Source of the DNA: Bacteroidota bacterium
GTDB lineage: Bacteria; Bacteroidota; Bacteroidia; UKL13-3
Length of the DNA stretch: 48,293 bases
Direction of reading: 5' to 3'
NCBI GenBank assembly: GCA_947459415.1
Contig: CANHDN010000004.1
Span: forward strand, 1 to 48,293
This document shows, in pieces, positions 28,673 to 38,168 of this stretch. The notes beneath the pieces are model-generated. The model searched no databases, had not been told where the DNA came from, and worked only from the letters and a program-made list of their open reading frames with translations. Numbering within the stretch: the first letter of the stretch is position 1; every line of letters begins with the position of its first letter. Made by a program: the position numbers and the translations under genes.

Positions 28673-29932
28673 ATGAAAGTAAATTTAAACTATGTCAGCC
28701 CCTTAGGAAACTATTATTTAAGAGAAATTGAGCAAGCTGAGTATCTTAAGTACAATTACCAAGCTGCCTGTCCTTGTTGTATATCATCAAATCGAACAAC
28801 ATTAGCACAGATCAAATCAGACAACAAAGATCAATTTGTTCTTGATTACGTGATTTGCAATGAATGTGGACATGCTTACTACAATTACACACCAAGTGAA
28901 AAGAGCTCGGAGGAGTTTTATCAAAGTCAGTGGCACCGTTACCTTAACCAGCAAAATGTAGCTCCTGTAAATATCAAACCCAATTACTCTATATGGTCGC
29001 CCATTCATCATATACGGGATTTAGACTTGAGGAAAGACATACGCATATTAGATTTTGGATGTGGTACAGGAGATGGATTGAAGTCGCTTGAAATCGAAGG
29101 ATTTAAGGATTTTTACGGTGTAGAAATAGGAGCAAAGCGTTTCCAGATATCGAAAAGTAATTTTCCAGGCCGTGTGGTGTGGGGCTCAGTCAATGAAGCA
29201 ATTACACTAGCAGAAAAAGTAGGTTTGTTTGATTTAATATTCCTTAATCACGTTGCCGAACATTTGGTAAGCCCACGAAACTTAATCAAAGAACTTAGTA
29301 AACTGTTGTCAGAAAATGGTATCATAATTGTATCCGTACCAAATGTGCTCGCTGAATCGCCTATTCATCTACCACTATATTATCCACATTTGCATAATTA
29401 TACACCCTATTCTTTTAAAGCGATTTACGATGCCGCAGGACTAAATACTTACTTATGGGATGGCAAAAATTCGCAATTAGCAGTAGCAGGCTCTAGAAAA
29501 CCGATACATGCAAAAAAATATGTTGAAGTCAAAAGCGAAAATTTTGATTGTAACAATAGGGTCAGTAAAGCACTTGAATACATCAAAAAACCTTTCGAAT
29601 TAAATAAAGGTACATTCAATATAAACTATTTTAACCCAGGTTTATTCAATGCCACCAATAATGGATTCATCGCTTGGAATAATTTAAGTTCATTATTTTT
29701 TACTAAATGTATACATGCAGTTAAAAATATATCAGATGTATTGGCTTTTATTACTCGCAAGGAAAGAATTAAGTCTTTAGCTAAAAGTGTTTCAATTAAA
29801 GCAACACAATTCCCATTAGTTAGAAGTTCTATTATGGGGGTAGAATATATCAGTGTTACAGTTGAAGATGACGGGAAAGATAAACTTACATTTTATACTA
29901 ACAGTGGAAGATTGACTGTTTTAGACAAATGA
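28673..29932 (+). CDS. Class I SAM methyltransferase with N-terminal Zn-ribbon
   Basis: CPCC...CNEC, LDFGCGTG, HVAEHL, SVPN, HLHNYT. Confidence 0.82.
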   Translation: MKVNLNYVSPLGNYYLREIEQAEYLKYNYQAACPCCISSNRTTLAQIKSDNKDQFVLDYVICNECGHAYYNYTPSEKSSEEFYQSQWHRYLNQQNVAPVNIKPNYSIWSPIHHIRDLDLRKDIRILDFGCGTGDGLKSLEIEGFKDFYGVEIGAKRFQISKSNFPGRVVWGSVNEAITLAEKVGLFDLIFLNHVAEHLVSPRNLIKELSKLLSENGIIIVSVPNVLAESPIHLPLYYPHLHNYTPYSFKAIYDAAGLNTYLWDGKNSQLAVAGSRKPIHAKKYVEVKSENFDCNNRVSKALEYIKKPFELNKGTFNINYFNPGLFNATNNGFIAWNNLSSLFFTKCIHAVKNISDVLAFITRKERIKSLAKSVSIKATQFPLVRSSIMGVEYISVTVEDDGKDKLTFYTNSGRLTVLDK

Positions 29933-30230
29933 TGATCTCAAAAAAATATTTTAAATTTGTGCAACAAGTTTAAACTTCTAGATGATACATGATGTCAAAC
30001 AATAAATTGAACAAACGTCTTCTGGAAAAGAGTGTATGTTTATGAACAAAATATTTCTTAACTAATTAGAAAATAAACTTACTTATAGATATAAATTAAT
30101 CTTGATTTTTACTACTTAAAATTTGGCGTTTCACATTTCTTCTTAGGCAAGTAATTGTCGAAGAAGCTCATTGCATAAAGTTTTTAAGAATCAAATTGAA
30201 AAGAAGTGAAATTTATTAAGCTAAATTGAT

Positions 30231-31163
30231 ATGCAGCAATTAACAAATTATAAAACTTATTTTATGATAACCAATCTTAAAGGACTTTATACTGGTTTAG
30301 TCAGTTTCTTTTACAAAATCAGGATGTCTAGCTTTATTCATAGACTGATTTCAAAAAAATACAATCATAAACAAATAAATCTCACGCCTCTGCAGGAAGG
30401 AGTACTGAGGAATCTCAAGGAAAAAGGATATTCGATGTTGCACATCGATGAGGTCTTTGGTGTGGGTTATTACTCAAATAATCTGATACCTATTGCAAAG
30501 GTTGTAAAAGAAAAACTTAATGAAGATTTGATTATGGAAGGTGGTGGTGACCGTTTTAAAAGAGGTAAAGATTTTGTGGCGCGTTTTTATGATGAAGATA
30601 AACCTATTTCTTTTGCCGATAAGATCAATGAACTTGTAATAAATGATTTCTTCTACGATCTTGCCGTGAAATATTTGGATACACATCCGCGCATCACTAA
30701 TATAGATTACTGGCTCAATATTCCTAAACAGGATGCGCCAAAAAGTTCACAGAAATGGCATCGCGATTATGAGGACCTAAAATTATTAAAAGTATTCCTT
30801 TACTTGGGAGATGTAACATCAGAATCGGGACCTCTTTCTTATGTTGAATCATCACAGCGTAATGGTAAATTTGGTGAACTCTTTCCAAGGAAATTTCCAA
30901 ATGGTGTTGTCGTGGATGATAAAGATATCGACGCATACTTTACCAAAAACGAGCAGAAAACGTTTACGCTGAAAGACGGTACACTTGTTTTTGCTGATAC
31001 AAGTGGCTTACATAAAGGCGGACATTGCACAAGTGACGAACGTTTCCTTTATACATTTACTTACACATCTTTCGCCGGCATTTCTCCCCGTAACTTTAAA
31101 ATTTCTAATGACAAAGCATTTGATGAAGTAGAAGGTCGTAAAAAAATTTCGTTGGTTGAATAA
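30231..31163 (+). CDS. Fe(II)/2-oxoglutarate dioxygenase, PhyH-like
   Basis: WHRD (HxD), KVFLYLGDV, SGPLSYV, DTSGLHKGG (distal His) and a following Arg. Alternative start 30264. Confidence 0.8.
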   Translation: MQQLTNYKTYFMITNLKGLYTGLVSFFYKIRMSSFIHRLISKKYNHKQINLTPLQEGVLRNLKEKGYSMLHIDEVFGVGYYSNNLIPIAKVVKEKLNEDLIMEGGGDRFKRGKDFVARFYDEDKPISFADKINELVINDFFYDLAVKYLDTHPRITNIDYWLNIPKQDAPKSSQKWHRDYEDLKLLKVFLYLGDVTSESGPLSYVESSQRNGKFGELFPRKFPNGVVVDDKDIDAYFTKNEQKTFTLKDGTLVFADTSGLHKGGHCTSDERFLYTFTYTSFAGISPRNFKISNDKAFDEVEGRKKISLVE

Positions 31164-31209
31164 TACTTAAGTTATTAAATTTCCAATTTAGCATAATATA
31201 ATTTTAATA

Positions 31210-31956
31210 ATGAAAGTGATTGCATTGATTCCTGCTCGTTCGGGGTCTAAAAGGATTATAAACAAAAATATAAAGCTACTCAATCAACACCCCCTAATTG
31301 CCTATACTATAAGGTCGGCAGTTGAAAGTGGTGTGTTTGAAAAAGTGGTTTGCGTAACCGATGATGAGCAATATGCAGCCATAGCCAAATACTACGGTGC
31401 CGAAGTTCCACATCTGCGTCCGTATGAGATATCGGGTGATAAATCTTTCGATATAGAATGGGTACAATGGATATTGAATTACCTTCTTAATGCAAGTGAA
31501 TCATACGACGCGTTTAGCATCCTGCGGCCAACAAACCCATTTAGACTACCTTACACTATACAACGAGCATGCAAACTTTTTTTAGAAAATGCATCAGCAG
31601 ATTCATTGCGAGCGGTACAGAAAGTAACAGAGCACCCTGGCAAAATGTGGTTGCTTGATAACAATAGGATGTTCCCACTACTTCCCTTCAAGAGCGAAGC
31701 CGTTCCATGGCATAGCTCACAATATAATTCATTACCTGAAGTATATATTCAGAATGCGAGCCTTGAGATTGCATGGACAAAAGTAGCATTTTTTAAGGGC
31801 AGCATCGCTGGAAATTCAATCATTCCTTTTGTAAGCGAAGGATTGGAGGGATTTGACATCAACAATCCAGAAGACTGGATACTTGCAGAACATTTTATCA
31901 AAACTGGCGAAGGCAAATTAATAGATATTCAAATCAAACCTTTTAACAAAAAATAA
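31210..31956 (+). CDS. neuA: Acylneuraminate/ulosonate cytidylyltransferase (CMP-ulosonate synthetase)
   Basis: IPARSGSKRIINKN, LRPTNPFR, FDINNPEDW. Confidence 0.92.
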   Translation: MKVIALIPARSGSKRIINKNIKLLNQHPLIAYTIRSAVESGVFEKVVCVTDDEQYAAIAKYYGAEVPHLRPYEISGDKSFDIEWVQWILNYLLNASESYDAFSILRPTNPFRLPYTIQRACKLFLENASADSLRAVQKVTEHPGKMWLLDNNRMFPLLPFKSEAVPWHSSQYNSLPEVYIQNASLEIAWTKVAFFKGSIAGNSIIPFVSEGLEGFDINNPEDWILAEHFIKTGEGKLIDIQIKPFNKK

Positions 31957-31957
31957 C

Positions 31958-33901
31958 ATGGGTGATCAAATAGGCGAAATCGTAAATGGAAAACTAATCT
32001 ACATTCCTTTCCAAGAATTTTTACGTATTAAAAATTCGAATTTAAGTAAGCTTCACAAACTTAAATTACTTTGCTCTTTGTGTAGACTCAATGTATTGTA
32101 TATGGTGGCTAACGCCGGTTCGGGCCATCTTGGCAGCAGCTTCAGCAGTATGGAAATAATGAGCCTAATGCTTTCAGAGGTGGATTCAGGCAAAGCTGAT
32201 CAAAATACTTCGCCTGTGTTCTTCTCTTCAAAAGGTCATGATGCACCTGCGCTTTACAGCGTGATGATAGGTTTAGGAAATCTTGAATTTTCATTGATTC
32301 ATCAACTGAGGCGCCTACATGGGTTACCCGGTCATCCAGATGTTCTTACCCCAGGTATCGTCACCAATACAGGCTCTCTAGGTATGGGTGTTTCAAAGGC
32401 AAAGGGGATGATATTCGCAGATAGGATTAAAAAAATCAGTAAAAACTATTATGTTCTAACAGGTGATGGAGAGTTGCAGGAAGGACAATTCTGGGAATCA
32501 TTGATTTCTGCAAAGAACTTTATGATGGGGGAGCTAACTGTTATTATTGATCATAACAAATTACAATCAGATACTTTTGTAAATAAAGTATCTGATTTGG
32601 GTGACCTGGAAGCAAAACTTGCATCTTTTGGATGGAAAGTATACAGAGTTGATGGAAATGATATTGAAGCATTGTTTGAAGTGATTGAAGAAGGAAAAAA
32701 AGTTATCAATCAACCTAAAGTAATCATTGCAGATACAATAAAAGGTAAAGGTGTTTCTTTTATGGAAAACAGTTCTTTTGACTCTGATGTTGAATATTAC
32801 AAATTTCATAGTGGTGCACCTAATGAAGACAACTACAATAAGGCGGCTTTAGAACTGCTCAACGATATCATATCTAATTTTAATTCATATGGTTTAGGAG
32901 AAGTCGTTTATGAAGAAATCAATCGGGCTGCTATTCCAACAACATCTTTAGGTAAACAGGAAAAACTTGTACATGCTTATTCAGAAGCACTTATTGCAGA
33001 AACTGAAAAAAATCCATATATCGTAGCACTTGATGCAGATCTTATACTCGATACTGGATTAATTCCTTTCAAAGATAAATTCCCCGATCGCTTCATTGAG
33101 TGCGGTATTGCAGAACAAGACATGGTATCTGTAGCAGGTGGGATGGCGCTGAATGGAATTTTGCCCATTGTACATTCTTTCTCTTGTTTTCTATCTAGTC
33201 GACCTAATGAGCAGATTTATAATAACGCAACCGAAAGAACAAAAGTTATTTATGTGGGTTCTCTCTCCGGTTTGTTGCCAGCAGGCCCAGGCCATTCACA
33301 TCAGGCGGTGAGAGATATTGCAACACTTTCTTCTTGCCCGGGTCTTGTTATCGTAGAACCCTGTTGTGATGCAGAAACAAAAAAAATTGTACAATGGGCG
33401 CTGAATGAAGCAAGCACCAGCGTATATATCCGTCTTGTAAGTTTGCCGGTAGAAGTTCCTTTTGAATGGAATGAGCAAAGCTGCAGACCTGGAATAGGTG
33501 CATTTGTAAAACAAGGATCTGATATGCTTATCATTTCATATGGTCCTATGTTCCTCAAACATGCATACCAAGTTGCTGAAAAACTTGAAAATGAAAAAGG
33601 TATATCAGTGGCAGTGATGAATTTCCCATGGCTGAATCAGGTTGATGGTGTATGGCTTGCATCAAAAGTAAAATCATTCAAATCAATCATTACCATTGAT
33701 AATCATTATTTTGAGGGAGGACTTGGACAGAAACTGAATTCGATTATTGCAATTCAAAATATTAATGTCAAAATTACCAATTTTGCGGTGGATGATATTC
33801 CTGCATCAGGTCAACCATTAGAAGTGCTTGCTTTTCATGAATTGGATATTGATTCAATTTTTAATAAATTAATCAATATGTTTTATGCTCAGAAAAATTA
33901 A
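31958..33901 (+). CDS. Single-chain transketolase-like ThDP-dependent enzyme
   Basis: GSGHLG, SKGH, LPGHP, TGSLGMG, ThDP motif GDGELQEG...DHN, TIKGKG, ECGIAEQDMV, C-terminal TK domain. Confidence 0.9.
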   Translation: MGDQIGEIVNGKLIYIPFQEFLRIKNSNLSKLHKLKLLCSLCRLNVLYMVANAGSGHLGSSFSSMEIMSLMLSEVDSGKADQNTSPVFFSSKGHDAPALYSVMIGLGNLEFSLIHQLRRLHGLPGHPDVLTPGIVTNTGSLGMGVSKAKGMIFADRIKKISKNYYVLTGDGELQEGQFWESLISAKNFMMGELTVIIDHNKLQSDTFVNKVSDLGDLEAKLASFGWKVYRVDGNDIEALFEVIEEGKKVINQPKVIIADTIKGKGVSFMENSSFDSDVEYYKFHSGAPNEDNYNKAALELLNDIISNFNSYGLGEVVYEEINRAAIPTTSLGKQEKLVHAYSEALIAETEKNPYIVALDADLILDTGLIPFKDKFPDRFIECGIAEQDMVSVAGGMALNGILPIVHSFSCFLSSRPNEQIYNNATERTKVIYVGSLSGLLPAGPGHSHQAVRDIATLSSCPGLVIVEPCCDAETKKIVQWALNEASTSVYIRLVSLPVEVPFEWNEQSCRPGIGAFVKQGSDMLIISYGPMFLKHAYQVAEKLENEKGISVAVMNFPWLNQVDGVWLASKVKSFKSIITIDNHYFEGGLGQKLNSIIAIQNINVKITNFAVDDIPASGQPLEVLAFHELDIDSIFNKLINMFYAQKN

Positions 33902-35594
33902 AGCAAAATCATCTATGAAAATTAGTTGGAAACAATATTTAAAGCGTTTTTATCTAATACGTGAGGCAATCAGGTGCTATAGAAGTATCTTAGGCCAACC
34001 AGATTGGAAAAATAAGATTAATGAATCATATTTCAAAATAATTAAAACCGAATCTAATGAAAAAATTTTGATTGCTACTGGGGGAGGCTCTTATTTATCT
34101 GGTGTGTCTATAGAAAGTATGTTGGGATTAGCATTAACCCTCAGAGGTCAACAAGTTCATATTCTAATGTGCGATGAAGTATTACCTGCCTGTTTTCAAA
34201 GTGATATTGATTGGGATAGAAATGAAAAGAAATTTGCTGAAAATGGCCCATCGGCCATTTTTTGTAGCGCCTGTTTTAAGCCATCAGCAAAAATGTATCA
34301 ATCGCTTGGTTTTACAGTGCATAGAATTAGTGATATGGTATCTTCAGAAGAGAGAATTGATATTCGCAAAATTGTAAATGATATACGATATAAAGATATT
34401 CGATATCATATTTATGATGATATTCCTGTTGGAGAGCATGCGTATGCAGGAACACTTCGTTTTTATGCAAAAGCAGAACTTAGTGACCCTTTTTCAGAAA
34501 ATATACTTAGAAAATATCTTGAAGCTTCAATTATTAGCACAATTGCAATTAAAAGGTTATGTAAAAAAATTAGCTTTCATCGTGCTGTGCTACATCATGG
34601 TATATATGTTCCACAAGGGGTATTTGCTGAATCATTAATACATTTGAAGATACCAATAGTAACTTGGCACGTAGCATATAGGAAAGAAACTTTTATGTTT
34701 AGTCATCAAGGTACCTATCATAGGACACTTATGACAGAACCAGTAAGTATTTGGGAAGACATCCCTTGGTCAGAAAAACTAAATAATGAAACATTAGAAT
34801 ATCTCAATAGCAGATGGTTTGGATCAAAAGACTGGATACATTTTCACCGGAATACAGTTTTTGATAAAAAAATCTTATATGACAAATTATGTATTTCCAA
34901 GGATAAGCCATACATCTTATTACTTACAAATGTTATGTGGGATGCACAACTTCACTATCCTAATAATGCATTTAATAGCATGCTTGAATGGATAAAATAT
35001 TCTATTAATTGGTTTATTAAAAATCCTGAATTACAACTTGTAATTAGAGTACATCCTGCAGAACTTACAGGTACACTTCCTTCTCGTCAATTAGTTGTAG
35101 AAGAGATTGAAAAAGAATTTGGTGACCTTCCAGAAAATATTATTTTAATTGGGCCTGAGAATGCTATTAGTACTTATATACTTGCAGAAGATTGCAATGC
35201 TGCAATAATTTATGGTACTAAAACTGGTGTTGAACTTGCAGCCAAAGGTGTTCCAGTAATCGTTGCAGGCGAAGCATGGATTAGAAATAAAGGAATTTCT
35301 ATAGACGTTAATACTCCTTTAGAATATGAATCTGTACTTAATTCACTTCCATTCAAAGAACGTATGCCGGAGTCAGAAATTATACGAGCAAGAAAATATG
35401 CCTTTCATTTCTTTTTTCGCCGCATGATACCCTTATCTTTCGTAAAATCCAATAAACATAGAATAACTCCATTTGAATTTGATATCAAAGATATTTCTGA
35501 ATTACAATCAGGTAAAAATAGAGGACTTGATATAATTTGTGACGGTATAATAAATGGGTCACCATTTGTTTATAATCCTGAACAATTCTATTAA
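33885..35594 (+). CDS. Capsule biosynthesis protein, KpsS/GT107-like putative CMP-ulosonate transferase
   Basis: C-terminal WDAQ, IRVHPAE (HP motif), GTKTGVELAAKGVPVIVAG. Located directly after neuA and the transketolase. Alternative start 33915. Confidence 0.65.
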   Translation: MLRKIKAKSSMKISWKQYLKRFYLIREAIRCYRSILGQPDWKNKINESYFKIIKTESNEKILIATGGGSYLSGVSIESMLGLALTLRGQQVHILMCDEVLPACFQSDIDWDRNEKKFAENGPSAIFCSACFKPSAKMYQSLGFTVHRISDMVSSEERIDIRKIVNDIRYKDIRYHIYDDIPVGEHAYAGTLRFYAKAELSDPFSENILRKYLEASIISTIAIKRLCKKISFHRAVLHHGIYVPQGVFAESLIHLKIPIVTWHVAYRKETFMFSHQGTYHRTLMTEPVSIWEDIPWSEKLNNETLEYLNSRWFGSKDWIHFHRNTVFDKKILYDKLCISKDKPYILLLTNVMWDAQLHYPNNAFNSMLEWIKYSINWFIKNPELQLVIRVHPAELTGTLPSRQLVVEEIEKEFGDLPENIILIGPENAISTYILAEDCNAAIIYGTKTGVELAAKGVPVIVAGEAWIRNKGISIDVNTPLEYESVLNSLPFKERMPESEIIRARKYAFHFFFRRMIPLSFVKSNKHRITPFEFDIKDISELQSGKNRGLDIICDGIINGSPFVYNPEQFY

Positions 35595-35630
35595 TATTCA
35601 AATAAAGAATATTTTTTAAATAATAAAATC

Positions 35631-36773
35631 TTGAAAAAACTCACAATCATTACTGATGTACCTACTCCCTATAGGATTTATACATTCAATTTATTGTGCG
35701 AAAAATTGAATATTGAAAATGTAGATCTTGAAGTATATTTTTTAGGGGAAACAGCTGCCCATCGCTACTGGAAAATAGATAAATCAACATTAAAATTTAA
35801 TTTTTATTTTGAAAAAGGTATAAAAATAGTTTTCACTAGAAGATCATTTTACTTTAATCCGAAAATTTTATTTAAGTTAATTTACTCTAATGTAGATACA
35901 ATCATACTAGGAGGGGGATGGAGTCAACCATCAATTATTATGATTTTAATACTTTCAAAATTTAAAAATTGGAAAACCTATTTTTGGTTGGAATTAAATG
36001 AAAATGCAGTGTATTTTAATAATTCTTTTATGAATTATATTAGACTAAAAATAATAAGTCTTTCAAATAATTTTATCTTACCCGGGCAAAATGCATTAAA
36101 TTTTTTAAATAAAATATATCTAAAACCATTTAAATATATTTTATTCCCAAATTTAATTGATGAAACATTTTTTAAAAATGAGAATAAGAAAGATTTCAAT
36201 CAATTTTATGATTTCACTAATTGTATAAGTAAAAAAATTATTTTTTGGCCGTGTAGATTAAATGAGCATGATAAAGGGATAATTAATTTTTTAAGTATAA
36301 TCAAGAATCAGTTAATCTTAGATAAGGACCTAATTAAAATTGTAATAGCAGGTGATGGTCCTGATAGACAAATCATTAGTAGATTTATTGAAAAAAATAA
36401 TTTAGAAGATATAGTTGAATTAAAGGGGTTCTTAAATCAAGACGAAATCAAGACCTATTATTGTACATCACATTTATTTCTTTTGCCATCTATAATTGAC
36501 CCCAATCCACTTTCTGTCGTTGAGGCATTGTGGGCATCTTTACCAATAATGATATCATCAAACTGCGGGAACTCTCTAGAATCAGTAATAGAAGAACGTA
36601 ATGGATGGGTTTTAAACTTATCTGATTCAAAGTCAATTATTGATTCGTGGACTAAGTTTGTTAAAAGCGATGACAATAAATTAAAATCTATGGGAAAAGA
36701 AAGTTTTGAAATTGCTAAAAAATTTTTTGATTCGAATAGAGAGATTGATAATCTTATTCAGTCAATCAAATAA
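35631..36773 (+). CDS. GT4 glycosyltransferase
   Basis: PTPYR, IAGDGPDR, LPSIIDPNPLSVVEA. TTG start. Confidence 0.85.
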   Translation: MKKLTIITDVPTPYRIYTFNLLCEKLNIENVDLEVYFLGETAAHRYWKIDKSTLKFNFYFEKGIKIVFTRRSFYFNPKILFKLIYSNVDTIILGGGWSQPSIIMILILSKFKNWKTYFWLELNENAVYFNNSFMNYIRLKIISLSNNFILPGQNALNFLNKIYLKPFKYILFPNLIDETFFKNENKKDFNQFYDFTNCISKKIIFWPCRLNEHDKGIINFLSIIKNQLILDKDLIKIVIAGDGPDRQIISRFIEKNNLEDIVELKGFLNQDEIKTYYCTSHLFLLPSIIDPNPLSVVEALWASLPIMISSNCGNSLESVIEERNGWVLNLSDSKSIIDSWTKFVKSDDNKLKSMGKESFEIAKKFFDSNREIDNLIQSIK

Positions 36774-36784
36774 AATACATATAA

Positions 36785-38146
36785 ATGGGTGTTAAAATTT
36801 TAATTTTATTTTTATGTTTTATTATCAACTATAATCTATTTAATTTAATAGGAATGTCTAGTGATAGTATGATTTATTGGACATTTTTTTTTAACGCTAC
36901 TTTCTCGTTATTCTTTTTTATTTATGATGGTCTAAATAAAAAGCTAAATGCGAGGCTAATATTTTTTTTTTATAGTTATTTATTTTTAACAATTGTGCCT
37001 TATCTGCAATTTGTCGAATCAGTTTGGATGTCTAGTCAATCTGTTACACAAATTCTTAATACTAATATTATTATTATTATATATAATATTACTTTTATGA
37101 TAGGCTATTCAATACCAAAATATCAATCAATTAAATCTGATAACAACAACTCAAATATTAACTTTTACATTAAAAAATCCTCATTTACACTTTCAATATA
37201 TTTTTTACTAATACTACATATAATTTTTACTCTATTAGGTGGTTTTAGCTTAACACGATCAATATTTTTTGATTTATTTGGTGGTTATAATCCAATTAGT
37301 TTAGTAATTGATATAGTTTTTAAGTCACTAATTCTTTATTTATTTATATTCTATTTATTATCTAAAGAAAGTAAAAGTACTCTTTCATTTATACTGCTAT
37401 CATACCTCTTTATATATTATAATAATCCAATCGCTTCAAGTAGATTTTATGCTTTTATGGCATATTTACTAATTTTAATATTCATTTTTAAACGTATTTC
37501 TAAAATTAATTTTTTATTTAATTTAGTATTCATTTTTGGAATTCTTGGGTCATTTTACCAAAATGCATTTAGGGCAGCATTTACTCCAACTAATGGTGGA
37601 TCAGAAGGTACGAGTAGTTTTGAAATTGGATATTTTTTTCAAGGACATTTTGATAGTTATGAAAATATTTCAAATACTGTTACTTATGTTCAAGATTTTG
37701 GAATTGTTTGGGGTAAGCAATTATTGGGTGTTTTCTTATTTTGGATTCCTAGGAGTTTTTGGATGAATAAACCTGAAGGAAGTGGAACTTTTTTAGGTAA
37801 GAATTTTTATAGTTTTGATACTACAAATCAAAATTTAAATATCTCAGCACCATTATTAATGGAAGAATATTTAAATTTTGGAATAATTGGCGTTCTTTTA
37901 GGTACTTTTATCTTAGGTTATTTAGTTTCATTTTTAGATATTAAATATTCATACTCTAATTATTTAATGAATGATTTGCCTAAAAATAGGTTTACTTCCA
38001 AATTAATTGGATTTATTTTCTATGTTTCCTTTTTAGGATTATTTTTATTTATTCTTCGTGGTGATTTATTAAGTAGCCTTTCATATACTTTTGGAATTTT
38101 TATATCATATCGCATTACTCGTAAACTAGTTCTTTATAAATACTAG
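36785..38146 (+). CDS. wzy: Wzy polysaccharide polymerase
   Basis: About 11 TMs, SSR, FWIPRSFWMNKP, EYLNFGIIG, LRGD. Very AT-rich. Confidence 0.82.
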   Translation: MGVKILILFLCFIINYNLFNLIGMSSDSMIYWTFFFNATFSLFFFIYDGLNKKLNARLIFFFYSYLFLTIVPYLQFVESVWMSSQSVTQILNTNIIIIIYNITFMIGYSIPKYQSIKSDNNNSNINFYIKKSSFTLSIYFLLILHIIFTLLGGFSLTRSIFFDLFGGYNPISLVIDIVFKSLILYLFIFYLLSKESKSTLSFILLSYLFIYYNNPIASSRFYAFMAYLLILIFIFKRISKINFLFNLVFIFGILGSFYQNAFRAAFTPTNGGSEGTSSFEIGYFFQGHFDSYENISNTVTYVQDFGIVWGKQLLGVFLFWIPRSFWMNKPEGSGTFLGKNFYSFDTTNQNLNISAPLLMEEYLNFGIIGVLLGTFILGYLVSFLDIKYSYSNYLMNDLPKNRFTSKLIGFIFYVSFLGLFLFILRGDLLSSLSYTFGIFISYRITRKLVLYKY

Positions 38147-38168
38147 TAAAAAATTTAATATTTAATCT

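Noticed and set aside
22599-31956. Canonical Neu5Ac, legionaminic or pseudaminic acid pathway
   Set aside because: No hydrolysing NeuC, aminotransferase or acetyltransferase in the window, and the 2-epimerase at 44327 is the FnlC type within fnlABC. Precursor genes elsewhere in the genome cannot be excluded.
31958-33901. Housekeeping transketolase (tkt) or DXP synthase (dxs)
   Set aside because: Tightly coupled to neuA and a glycosyltransferase, with an altered DGPTHQ motif, so no symbol was assigned.
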